Shown here one piece after another: positions 19,050-27,612 of a DNA stretch of 39,355 bases. Under the pieces are notes generated by a model. The model worked only from the letters and a program-made list of their open reading frames with translations, did not search any database and was not told where the DNA came from. The stretch's first letter is position 1. Each line of letters begins with the position of its first letter. The position numbers were made by a program, and so were the translations under genes. Source of the DNA: Atribacterota bacterium (GTDB lineage Bacteria > Atribacterota > Phoenicimicrobiia > Phoenicimicrobiales > Phoenicimicrobiaceae); contig JBBRDV010000007.1 of the NCBI GenBank assembly GCA_038203565.1, positions 1 to 39,355 on the forward strand. Reading direction: 5' to 3'.

Positions 19050-19090
19050 AAAAGTTAACCAAAGGTGCCTGGCACTTTTGGTTAACTTTT
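19050..19090. repeat. REP-like element, copy 8 (one G.T mismatch)
   Basis: AAAAGTTAACCAAAGGTGCC-T-GGCACTTTTGGTTAACTTTT between mreD and mrdA. Confidence 0.96.
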
Positions 19091-19113
19091 GCCATTAAAA
19101 TTGAGGAGTAATT

Positions 19114-20877
19114 ATGAGGGAATCTTCTACAGTTCCAGAAGATGTGAAACAACGGCTAAATTGGTTATTGATATTTATGGTCATCTGTTTTCTAATATTA
19201 GTTATCAGTTTATGGTATTTGCAGATGATTAAAGGAGAGGAATTTAAGGAAAGGGCGGTAGGGAATTGCATCCGTACTCTGGTAGAAGATGCCCCTCGGG
19301 GCAGGATTTATGATCGCCAGGAAGAATTATTGGTTACTAATCGTCCGGCAGTAGTAGTATCTATAATTCCGGCAGAGGTTGATGATTTAGAAAAACTGAG
19401 TGAAAGACTAAGTAAAATTATAGGTATTTCTCCGGAAGAAATTTCGCAGATAGTAAAAAATTACCGGGAAAATCCTTTTAAACCGGTAAAAATTTTGGAT
19501 GATTGTAACACAAATAAGACAGTGGAGATCGAGGAGAGAAAAGATGAATTAAAGGGAGTGGTATTAGAGGTTAAACCTCGGAGAGATTATCTTTACCATG
19601 ATTTTGCAGCTCATAGCTTAGGTTATGTGGGAGAAATAGATAAAGAAGAATTGCAGCGATTTGGCAATCCAAAATATCAGGGAGGAGACATCATAGGAAA
19701 AGCCGGGCTGGAGAAGTATTATGATGCTATTTTGAGAGGAGAAAAAGGAGGGAAGGAAGTCGAAGTTGATGCCTTGGGTCAGGAGATAGCTACTTTATTG
19801 TATCAGAAACCGGTTCCGGGCAAAGATTTGATATTAACTATTGATAGAGATTTACAGCTTTGCGGAGAAAATTTACTCTTTGATAAAAAAGGTTCTATTG
19901 TGGTAAGTGATCCTAACAGTGGGGAAATATTAGCTCTGGTTAATAGACCTTCTTTTAACCCCAACTTATTCGCTAATGGAATTTCCAGTTCTGATTGGCA
20001 AAGGCTTTCTTTTGATACCGATTACCCTTTGACTAACCGAAGTGTTCAGGGTCTTTATTCTCCTGGTTCGATATTTAAAGTAGTTACAGCGGCAGCTGCT
20101 CTGGAAGAAGGAGTTACTAATAGAAAAAGAAAGATTTATTGCTCGGGTACTTTTGAATTAGCTGGCCGGGTCTTCAACTGCTCGAAGGAGACCGGACACG
20201 GAAGTTTAAGTATTGTAGATGCAATTACTCATTCCTGTAATATCTATTTTTACACTTTAGGAAAAGACCTGGGGATTGAAAGATTTAATAAATATATGCA
20301 GAAATATGGATTGGGAGAAAAAACGGGTATTGATCTGCCCGCAGAAGCTATAGGGACAATTCCTTCTGCTCAATGGAAGGAGAGAGAAATTAAAGAGATT
20401 TGGTTTCCCGGTGATACTATAAATCTTTCTATCGGTCAGGGTTATCTTTTGTTAACACCTTTACTGGTGCATAGTCTTATTACTACTATCGCTGCAGAAG
20501 GAGAAGTTTACAAGTTGCATTTAGTAAAAAAGATAATTTCCGCCGATGGCAACACAGTAGAAGAAATTAAGCCGGAAATTCATAAAAAAGTAAACTTTTC
20601 TTCAGATACATTTAAAATTATTAAAGAGGGATTAAGACAGACCATATTAAAAGGAACGGGTTGGAGAGCAAATATTCAAGAATTAGCAGTAGCCGGGAAG
20701 ACCGGGACAGCTCAAAATCCTCAGGGGGAGACCCATGCCTGGTTTATCGGGTTCGCACCTTATGAGAATCCGGAAGTTTGCATTACCGTTTTTATAGAAA
20801 ATGGAGGAGAAGGGGGAGTAGCAGCTGCTCCCATAGCCCGAGCTATGCTGGAAAAATATTTTAATATTAAAAATTAA
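19114..20877 (+). CDS. mrdA: Penicillin-binding protein 2
   Basis: APRGRIYDR, PGSIFK (SxxK), SCN (SxN), KTGTAQ. Confidence 0.95.
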   Translation: MRESSTVPEDVKQRLNWLLIFMVICFLILVISLWYLQMIKGEEFKERAVGNCIRTLVEDAPRGRIYDRQEELLVTNRPAVVVSIIPAEVDDLEKLSERLSKIIGISPEEISQIVKNYRENPFKPVKILDDCNTNKTVEIEERKDELKGVVLEVKPRRDYLYHDFAAHSLGYVGEIDKEELQRFGNPKYQGGDIIGKAGLEKYYDAILRGEKGGKEVEVDALGQEIATLLYQKPVPGKDLILTIDRDLQLCGENLLFDKKGSIVVSDPNSGEILALVNRPSFNPNLFANGISSSDWQRLSFDTDYPLTNRSVQGLYSPGSIFKVVTAAAALEEGVTNRKRKIYCSGTFELAGRVFNCSKETGHGSLSIVDAITHSCNIYFYTLGKDLGIERFNKYMQKYGLGEKTGIDLPAEAIGTIPSAQWKEREIKEIWFPGDTINLSIGQGYLLLTPLLVHSLITTIAAEGEVYKLHLVKKIISADGNTVEEIKPEIHKKVNFSSDTFKIIKEGLRQTILKGTGWRANIQELAVAGKTGTAQNPQGETHAWFIGFAPYENPEVCITVFIENGGEGGVAAAPIARAMLEKYFNIKN

Positions 20878-20917
20878 AAAGTTAACCAAAGGTGCCTGGC
20901 ACCTTTGGTTAACTTTT
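20877..20917. repeat. 41-bp palindromic REP-like element, copy 9 (centre T)
   Basis: Consensus copy overlapping the mrdA TAA stop. Confidence 0.97.
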
Positions 20918-20946
20918 GTATCAGGAACTGATTTGGAGGATAGAAT

Positions 20947-22056
20947 TTGAAAGAAAAATTAGATAGATTAACTGAAAATATAGATTTTGCTCTTCTTTTT
21001 GCGGTAGTGTTTCTCTGTTTTTATGGACTTTTAGTATTATTCAGTTCAACACGTTTGGCAGCAACAGGGGAAAGCGACCCTTATTTTTTTGTAAAGCGAC
21101 AATCATTATGGGCATTGTTAGGATTTATATTTTTAACTATAATAATTTTTATCGATTACCATAACCTGGAAAGATATTCTAAAGTGATCTATTTTGGGGC
21201 TATTGTTTTACTGATAATGGTGATAATTTCTGGTAGATCAACTTATGGAGCGAGGCGTTGGCTGGCTATAGGACCTTTTGATTTTCAGCCCTCGGAGTTT
21301 GCTAAAATCGCCTTAATAATGTTTTTAGCGGATTTTTTATCTAAAAATAAACTAAAATTTGATAATTTTCTCTATTATTTACTTCCTTTTATTTATACCG
21401 GGATTTTAATTATATTGGTATTTATGCAACCGGATTTGGGAACTTCGCTAGTATATTTAGCTATTCTTATTATCATGTTGTTTGTGGCGGGAATTAAGAT
21501 AAAATATTTAGTTTTCACTATTTTAGCGGGATTATCTTCTGTTCCAGTTTTGTGGATTTTTCTAAGAGATTATCAGAAGAATAGATTCATTTTATTTTTA
21601 AATCCTAACCTAGATCCTTTGGGGGGCGGCTATAATGTTATCCAGTCGAGGATTGCCATCGGTTCAGGAGGGTTTTTAGGGAATGGCATCTTTAGCGGAC
21701 TACAAAGCCAGTTAAATTTTCTACCTGCCCAGCACACTGATTTTATATTTTCTGTAGTAGGAGAAGAGTTAGGTTTTGTCGGAACCATCTTGTTATTAGG
21801 ATTATATGCCATTATTTTATGGCGGGGAATAAAGATTGCTTTAGAGGCCAGAGATTTATTGGGAAGTTTACTTGCTACTGGTGTCGTGTCGTTTTTATTT
21901 TTTCATATTGTAGTAAATATTGGGATGGCTATGGGGATGCTGCCAGCTACCGGACTTCCACTGCCTTTTTTAAGTTATGGTGGAAGCTTTATGATATCTA
22001 ACTTAATAGTGATAGGGATATTGCTAAATGTGGAATTACATAAGGTAAAGTGGTAA
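20947..22056 (+). CDS. rodA: Rod shape-determining protein RodA (SEDS; TTG start)
   Basis: GARRW, FQPSEFAK, QPDLGT, IAIGSGG, HTDFIFSV.GEE.G, TGLPLPFLSYGGS. Confidence 0.96.
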   Translation: MKEKLDRLTENIDFALLFAVVFLCFYGLLVLFSSTRLAATGESDPYFFVKRQSLWALLGFIFLTIIIFIDYHNLERYSKVIYFGAIVLLIMVIISGRSTYGARRWLAIGPFDFQPSEFAKIALIMFLADFLSKNKLKFDNFLYYLLPFIYTGILIILVFMQPDLGTSLVYLAILIIMLFVAGIKIKYLVFTILAGLSSVPVLWIFLRDYQKNRFILFLNPNLDPLGGGYNVIQSRIAIGSGGFLGNGIFSGLQSQLNFLPAQHTDFIFSVVGEELGFVGTILLLGLYAIILWRGIKIALEARDLLGSLLATGVVSFLFFHIVVNIGMAMGMLPATGLPLPFLSYGGSFMISNLIVIGILLNVELHKVKW

Positions 22057-22058
22057 AA

Positions 22059-22090
22059 CAATTGGCCAATTCACCAATTAGCTAATTAAG
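22059..22090. repeat. Four 8-nt AATT units
   Basis: CAATTGGC CAATTCAC CAATTAGC TAATTAAG. Confidence 0.7.
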
Positions 22091-22101
22091 GAGAAAAATA
22101 A

Positions 22102-23913
22102 TTGAATATTAAAAAAATATTATTTGAAGAGTTATTGGATAAGGTAGAAAAACCGGGGAGGTATACCGGCAAAGAATTTAATGAAATAGTAAAAGAAGAG
22201 GATATATCCACAGTTAAAGTAGCATTGGTCTTTCCTGATTTATACGAGATTGGGATGAGTTATTTAGGATTTAAAATTTTGTATGAGATTATTAATAAGA
22301 GAAACGATGTTCTGGCTGAGCGAGTTTTTTCACCTGCGGTGGATATGGAAAAACTGCTGAGAGAAAGACAGATACCCGTTTTTTCTTTAGAGACCTATAG
22401 ACCTTTAAATTCTTTTGATATCGTTGGATTTACTATCCAACATGAATTATGTTATTCCAATATCCTAAATCTTCTAGAACTTGGACATATACCTTTAAGG
22501 TCGGAAGAGAGAAAAGAAGATGACCCCCTGATTATTGCCGGTGGACCAGGGGCTTTTAATCCGGAACCGTTATCCCGTTTTATCGATTTATTTGTAATCG
22601 GAGAAGGGGAAGAGATTATTGGTGAAATTATAGGAGTTTATGGAAAATGGAAAGATAAGAAACGGAGCCGAATAAAACTTTTAGAAGAATTAGCCCGGAT
22701 AGAAGGTATTTATGTTCCGTCTTTCTATGAAATAACTTATTTTAAAGACGGAAGGGTTAGATCGGTTACTCCTAAAAAAGAAACCTATTATTCAGTAATC
22801 AAAAAACAGATTATTTCTGACTTTGAGAAAGTAGCATATCCTCTTTTTCCCATTGTTCCCAATATCGATGTAGTCCACGATAGGATTACCCTGGAAATTT
22901 TTCGGGGGTGTACCCGGGGATGCCGCTTCTGTCAGGCAGGGATGATTTACCGCCCGGTAAGGGAAAAATCAGTCAATACTTTAATTGGATTGACTGATGA
23001 AATTCTTGCACATACCGGATACGAGGAGGTATCCTTGTTCTCTTTAAGTTCGAGCGATTATAGTGAAATAAAGAGCTTGATTACTAAATTGGTAGATCGA
23101 TTTGAAAAAAAAGGCGTGGGGGTTTCTCTGCCTTCTTTAAGGATAGATTCTTTTTCCGTCGCTTTAGCCCAGCAGATTCAAAGAGTAAGGAAGACCGGAC
23201 TTACTCTTGCCCCGGAGGTAGGAACTCAAAGGTTAAGGGATGTGATAAACAAAAATGTTCTGGAAGAGGACTTGTATTCTTCAATAAAAGCAGCTTTTGA
23301 GGGAGGGTGGAGGAAGATAAAACTTTATTTTATGGTCGGTTTACCCACCGAGACCGAAGAAGATGTGGAAGGGATAATAAGGCTAGTTAGTAAAGTTGAC
23401 CACATGGGAAGAGAAATAACCGGAAGGAAGATAAATATAAATATTAGCGTATCTGCTTTTGTACCTAAAGCCCATACTCCTTTCCAATGGGAAGCCCAGG
23501 AGGAGAGGGAGATATTGTCTGAAAAAGTAAGATATTTGAAGAATAGATTAAATTGGAGGAACATTTCTTTCAGTTATCCGGATATTGACCATAGCTATCT
23601 GGAAGCAGTATTTGCCCGAGGGGATAGAAGGTTAGGTGAAGTATTAGAAAAAGCTCACTATTTGGGATGTAAATTTGATGCCTGGAGAGAACAGTTTAAT
23701 TTTGAAGCCTGGCAGCAGGCCTTTAATGATTGCGGACTTAATATGGAATTCTATGCTAACAGAGCGAGAGAGAAAGATGAGGTTCTACCCTGGGACCATA
23801 TCTCATGTGGAGTTAAAAAGGAATATCTGCTTGAGGAGAAGGAGAAGGCTTTAAGAGGAGAAACAACTCCCGATTGTCGTTTTGAGGATTGTACAGGGTG
23901 TGGAGTGTGTTAA
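22102..23913 (+). CDS. TIGR03960-family B12-binding radical SAM protein (TTG start)
   Basis: FPDLYEIGMS, CTRGCRFC (CxxxCxxC), SLPSLR, LYFMVGLPTE, terminal C-x4-C-x2-CGVC. Confidence 0.9.
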   Translation: MNIKKILFEELLDKVEKPGRYTGKEFNEIVKEEDISTVKVALVFPDLYEIGMSYLGFKILYEIINKRNDVLAERVFSPAVDMEKLLRERQIPVFSLETYRPLNSFDIVGFTIQHELCYSNILNLLELGHIPLRSEERKEDDPLIIAGGPGAFNPEPLSRFIDLFVIGEGEEIIGEIIGVYGKWKDKKRSRIKLLEELARIEGIYVPSFYEITYFKDGRVRSVTPKKETYYSVIKKQIISDFEKVAYPLFPIVPNIDVVHDRITLEIFRGCTRGCRFCQAGMIYRPVREKSVNTLIGLTDEILAHTGYEEVSLFSLSSSDYSEIKSLITKLVDRFEKKGVGVSLPSLRIDSFSVALAQQIQRVRKTGLTLAPEVGTQRLRDVINKNVLEEDLYSSIKAAFEGGWRKIKLYFMVGLPTETEEDVEGIIRLVSKVDHMGREITGRKININISVSAFVPKAHTPFQWEAQEEREILSEKVRYLKNRLNWRNISFSYPDIDHSYLEAVFARGDRRLGEVLEKAHYLGCKFDAWREQFNFEAWQQAFNDCGLNMEFYANRAREKDEVLPWDHISCGVKKEYLLEEKEKALRGETTPDCRFEDCTGCGVC

Positions 23914-23948
23914 TCAATTGGCTAATTAGCCAATTGATTAACACACTC
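23903..23948. repeat. Perfect 46-bp palindrome with no loop, overlapping the gene end
   Basis: GAGTGTGTTAATCAATTGGCTAA|TTAGCCAATTGATTAACACACTC. Confidence 0.95.
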
Positions 23949-24021
23949 AGTATAACCAAATAACTAAAGAAGAGATGCAAATTTATACACGATAAATGTA
24001 AATAAAAGGAGAGTTTTTTAT

Positions 24022-24741
24022 TTGGAACAATTAGTTAGAGTAAAATATTGTAAAGACGGACCGATTAAATATATTTCCCATTTAAACCTGGCCCAGGTTT
24101 TTACCCGTACTCTAAGAAGAGCCGATATCCCTGCGGTTATATCTAACGGTTTTAATCCTCGGTTTAGAATATCTTTCGGTCCCCCTTTACCTCTGGGTAT
24201 CAGCAGCACCTCTGAATATTTAGATATCAGGCTAAAGGAGGAGATAAAAGTCGAGGAGTTAACAGAAAGATTAAATCTGGTTTTGCCTCAAGGATTGAAG
24301 ATATTACAGGCCAAAACAATCCCTTCCTCTGCAGATTCTTTAGTAAAAATAATCGATAGAGCCTCTTACGTTATCACCCTAAAGATAAAGGAAAAGCTAT
24401 TAGATTCTGCAGCTAAAAATCAAGAAGATGAATTAAGAAAGCTGAAGCAAGAGATAGAAAAAAATAATAAAAGATTTTTAAATTTGGACGAAATTAACGT
24501 AGAAAAACAAACTAAAAATGGGGTCAAAATGTTTGATATAAAGCCTTCGATTTTAGATATAAAAGTGCATAATTTTAAAAGCCCAATTTTAAAGCTTTGT
24601 TTGGAAATAAGGATAGGGCAGCAGGGAAATTTAAATCCCCGATATGTTGCAAAGGCCTGGATTTCCAATTTTGTAAATAACTTTGATATCATCCAGATAT
24701 GCCGTGATGGTTTATATGCAAAAGGTGAAGAGGTTATTTAA
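24022..24741 (+). CDS. TIGR03936-family radical SAM-linked protein (DUF2344; TTG start)
   Basis: K.G..KYISHL, R.LRRA.IP...S.GFNP...ISFGPPLPLG..S..EY.D. Confidence 0.9.
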   Translation: MEQLVRVKYCKDGPIKYISHLNLAQVFTRTLRRADIPAVISNGFNPRFRISFGPPLPLGISSTSEYLDIRLKEEIKVEELTERLNLVLPQGLKILQAKTIPSSADSLVKIIDRASYVITLKIKEKLLDSAAKNQEDELRKLKQEIEKNNKRFLNLDEINVEKQTKNGVKMFDIKPSILDIKVHNFKSPILKLCLEIRIGQQGNLNPRYVAKAWISNFVNNFDIIQICRDGLYAKGEEVI

Positions 24742-24870
24742 ATATCAAACAAAAATATAAATAAAAAATATTTTTACTAAATTTTTAAAATACTGTTTTA
24801 AATATTAAATTTAAATTTTGTTGCCTTTACTAATGAGATTATTTAGAGTAAAATATATGAAGATAAATTT

Positions 24871-24903
24871 AGTATCGAGTATCGAGTATCGAGTATCGAG
24901 TAT
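24871..24903. repeat. (AGTATCG)4 heptamer tandem repeat plus partial unit
   Basis: Four exact units at 24871-24898, then AGTAT. Confidence 0.92.
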
Positions 24904-25067
24904 TACGTTAAGAAAGAAGAAACTAGAAATCAGAAGCCTAAAATAGTATATAATAGTATATAGTTAGCTTAGAACGTATAGAAATACAGTGATAAAGTCA
25001 CAGTGTTCGCAATGGCATAAACATAATAAACTGAAAACTTGTATTTAATGCTAACGACTAACGACTA

Positions 25068-25115
25068 GATTGACTGAAAGACCGGGTGACCGGCGGACTG
25101 GTAGACTGATTGACC
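25068..25115. repeat. Six degenerate octamers GnnnGACy
   Basis: GATTGACT GAAAGACC GGGTGACC GGCGGACT GGTAGACT GATTGACC. Confidence 0.8.
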
Positions 25116-25141
25116 ATTTAAACTAAAAACAGGAGTTTTTA

Positions 25142-26665
25142 ATGAATAAAAGAGTAATTATTGATATGGGTCTAACCGAAGAGAGGGTAGCCGTAATCGA
25201 AGCTGGCCGATTGGTAGAAATCCACATCGAGAGAATTGAAGATGATAAGATTGTAGGTTATATATATAAAGGTAAAGTAACTAATGTTTTGCCTGGGATA
25301 GAGGCAGCATTTGTAGATATTGGAATTGAGAAAAACGCTTTTTTGCATATCGATAAAGCTACAGATGATCAGGATAAAGATGAAGAGACGTTTACTGAAA
25401 CTGATTCTGATTCTGCTTCCAAAACTGCTTTGGATAAAATTAAAGTTAACCAGGAGATAATGGTGCAAGTAGTAAAAGAGGCTATATTCCCTAAAGGAGC
25501 ACGGGTAACAACTAATATTAGTCTTCCGGGTAGATATTTAGTTCTAATGCCCAATAGCACAAATGTTGGCATTTCACACCGGATTGAAGAAGAAAAGGAA
25601 AGAGAAAGATTAAAAAAAATTGTTCAACAAATAAAACCCAAGAATATAGGATTGATTATTCGAACTGCCGCCTGGGGGAAAGAGTTGGAGGATTTTTTAA
25701 CCGATCTGGATTTTTTGACTAAATTATGGAATAAGATTAAAAACAGAGGAAGGAAAGACAAAGCTCCCATGTTGTTACATGAAGACCTGACTCTTACTTA
25801 TCGGATTATCCGAGATCTGCTCACCGAAGAAGTAGAAGAAATTTTAATAAATTCTAATAATGAATATAAAAATATGCTGCAGTTTTTAAAGACTCTATCT
25901 TTATTAGAATTAGAACCCAGAGTATCTCTCTATAATGGAGAAAAACCCATATTTGAGGAATATAATATTGAAAAAGAAATCAACAAAGGTTTACAAAAAA
26001 AGATATGGCTTAAATGCGGAGGGTATTTGGTTTTTGACCAGGCGGAGGCCTTAACGGTAATCGATGTAAACACCGGCAAATTTGTTGGTAAAAAAGATAT
26101 GAGGAAAACCATCTTAAAGACCAATTTGCAGGCGGCTGAGGAGATAGGACTTCAGTTAAGGTTGCGGGATATTGGAGGGATTATCATAATCGATTTTATT
26201 GACATGGATAATCAAGAAGATATCGAAAAGGTAGTAAAGAAATTAGAGGAAAGTTTAAAAAAAGATAAAACCAAAACTAATATTATCCAGAATACTGAAT
26301 TGGGTCTGGTTGAACTTACCCGAAAGAGATCCAGGAGAGATTTAGAAAACATGCTAAGAACTACTTGTCCTTACTGTTCCGGAACGGGCCGGGTTTTGTC
26401 TGCCGAAACCGTAGGCAACATGGTTCTACGCAAGTTAGAAGAGCTGTGTAATACTTCAAGAGCAGAAGCTGTCCTATTGGGAGTGCATCCTAAAGTAGAG
26501 GAAAATCTATCCGGGGCAAAGATGCTATTGATTAAGCAATTAGAGAAAAAAGCAGGAAAAACTATTTTTATCATATCTTCAAAAAATATTCACCTAGAGA
26601 GGATAGATGTAGTAGCTGTCGGCAGGCTAAAAGAGATTAAGAAAATTAAGCAGATGTTTAAGTAG
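25142..26665 (+). CDS. rng: Rne/Rng family ribonuclease (RNase G-like)
   Basis: IYKGKV.NVLPG..AAFVDIG, KGARVT, IDVNTG, LRDIGGIIIIDFIDM, CPYCSGTG. Confidence 0.93.
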   Translation: MNKRVIIDMGLTEERVAVIEAGRLVEIHIERIEDDKIVGYIYKGKVTNVLPGIEAAFVDIGIEKNAFLHIDKATDDQDKDEETFTETDSDSASKTALDKIKVNQEIMVQVVKEAIFPKGARVTTNISLPGRYLVLMPNSTNVGISHRIEEEKERERLKKIVQQIKPKNIGLIIRTAAWGKELEDFLTDLDFLTKLWNKIKNRGRKDKAPMLLHEDLTLTYRIIRDLLTEEVEEILINSNNEYKNMLQFLKTLSLLELEPRVSLYNGEKPIFEEYNIEKEINKGLQKKIWLKCGGYLVFDQAEALTVIDVNTGKFVGKKDMRKTILKTNLQAAEEIGLQLRLRDIGGIIIIDFIDMDNQEDIEKVVKKLEESLKKDKTKTNIIQNTELGLVELTRKRSRRDLENMLRTTCPYCSGTGRVLSAETVGNMVLRKLEELCNTSRAEAVLLGVHPKVEENLSGAKMLLIKQLEKKAGKTIFIISSKNIHLERIDVVAVGRLKEIKKIKQMFK

Positions 26666-26684
26666 TAAGCAAATACGAATAAAT

Positions 26685-26713
26685 TTGACAACCATATAAA
26701 TATATGCTAAATT
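26685..26713 (+). promoter_or_regulatory. Sigma70 promoter of rplU-rpmA
   Basis: TTGACA-17 nt-TAAATT with TG extension. Confidence 0.75.
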
Positions 26714-26719
26714 TTATAA

Positions 26720-26810
26720 GCATCGGTTTCATATCCGCACAGGTTGGGTCTAAAAGTGGTCGGTTTATCAGATTACTACCTAATTATGGCGAGTTTATAA
26801 GGCAAGGAGG
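26720..26810 (+). ncRNA. Putative L21 ribosomal protein leader RNA
   Basis: 5' UTR of rplU containing CCGCAC...GGCGAGT, as recalled for Firmicutes L21 leaders; not verified by covariance model. Confidence 0.5.
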
Positions 26811-26820
26811 ATTGCTAAAA

Positions 26821-27132
26821 ATGCAAGCTGTTATCGCAACTGGAGGGAAACAGTATCTAGTAAAAGAAGGGGATATAATCAGGGTTGAAAAGTTAGATCA
26901 GGAAAAGGGAAAGAAAGTAGAATTTGACCAGATACTAATGGTTGACAAAGATGGTGAACATATTATTGGCCGACCTCTGGTAGAAAAAGCTAAGGTTGTT
27001 GGGAAAGTTTTAAACCAGGATAAAGCTAAAAAGATTTTAGTTTTTAAATATAAATCCAAAAAAAGATATCGTAAAAAGACTGGACACAGACAGCCTTATA
27101 CTGAAATTTTAATTGAAAATATAGAAATATAA
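26821..27132 (+). CDS. rplU: 50S ribosomal protein L21
   Basis: [15 protein letters not shown]...GHRQPYT; RBS GGAGG at 26806-26810 supports start 26821. Confidence 0.97.
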   Translation: MQAVIATGGKQYLVKEGDIIRVEKLDQEKGKKVEFDQILMVDKDGEHIIGRPLVEKAKVVGKVLNQDKAKKILVFKYKSKKRYRKKTGHRQPYTEILIENIEI

Positions 27133-27217
27133 AAGATTAGTATAAAGTATCAGGATAATTAAGCATTTATAACATAATTTAATCGGAAGCAGATTTAAGA
27201 GGGTGAGGTGAGAATTT

Positions 27218-27478
27218 ATGGCACATAAAAAGGGTCAGGGATCAATTAAAAACGGTAGGGATAGTAATGCTAAACGTTTAGGCGTAAAACGATCTGACGG
27301 TCAATTTGTAACAGCAGGTAGTATCTTAATAAGACAGAGGGGAACTAAAATTCTTCCCGGAGAAAATGTGGGAAGAGGGAATGATGATACCCTGTTTGCT
27401 TTAACTGAAGGATTTGTAACTTTTGAAAGAAAGGGAAAAGATAGAAAGCAAGTTTGTGTTTATGCTGAGAGATCTTAA
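27218..27478 (+). CDS. rpmA: 50S ribosomal protein L27
   Basis: [22 protein letters not shown]...RQRGT. Confidence 0.98.
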   Translation: MAHKKGQGSIKNGRDSNAKRLGVKRSDGQFVTAGSILIRQRGTKILPGENVGRGNDDTLFALTEGFVTFERKGKDRKQVCVYAERS

Positions 27479-27503
27479 AATAAGAAAACAATTTTATTAA
27501 ACT

Positions 27504-27538
27504 AACCCTGAGTTTTATTGTAAAACCCAGGGTTTTTT
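27504..27538 (+). terminator. Rho-independent terminator after rpmA
   Basis: AACCCTGAGTTTTA-TTG-TAAAACCCAGGGTT followed by Ts. Confidence 0.75.
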
Positions 27539-27561
27539 AGTATCATTAGGTAAAACAATAA

Positions 27562-27598
27562 AAAATGAAAAAAAGTGTCTGGCACAAATTTTCATTTT
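27562..27598. repeat. Divergent REP-like hairpin with GTGTC-T-GGCAC core
   Basis: AAAATGAAAA-AAA-GTGTC-T-GGCAC-AAA-TTTTCATTTT; same centre geometry as the 41-bp family. Confidence 0.65.
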
Positions 27599-27612
27599 AG
27601 CGGGAGAAGAGC

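Noticed and set aside
441..20917. CRISPR array or integron attC interpretation of the 41-bp repeat
   Set aside because: Copies are single and separated by 1-4 kb of ordinary genes, including mreD-mrdA-rodA. There are no fixed-length spacers, no cas genes, no IntI and no attC-type extrahelical bases
26704..26820. 39-aa N-terminal extension of L21
   Set aside because: The upstream ATG overlaps the promoter; the RBS and homology support a start at 26821
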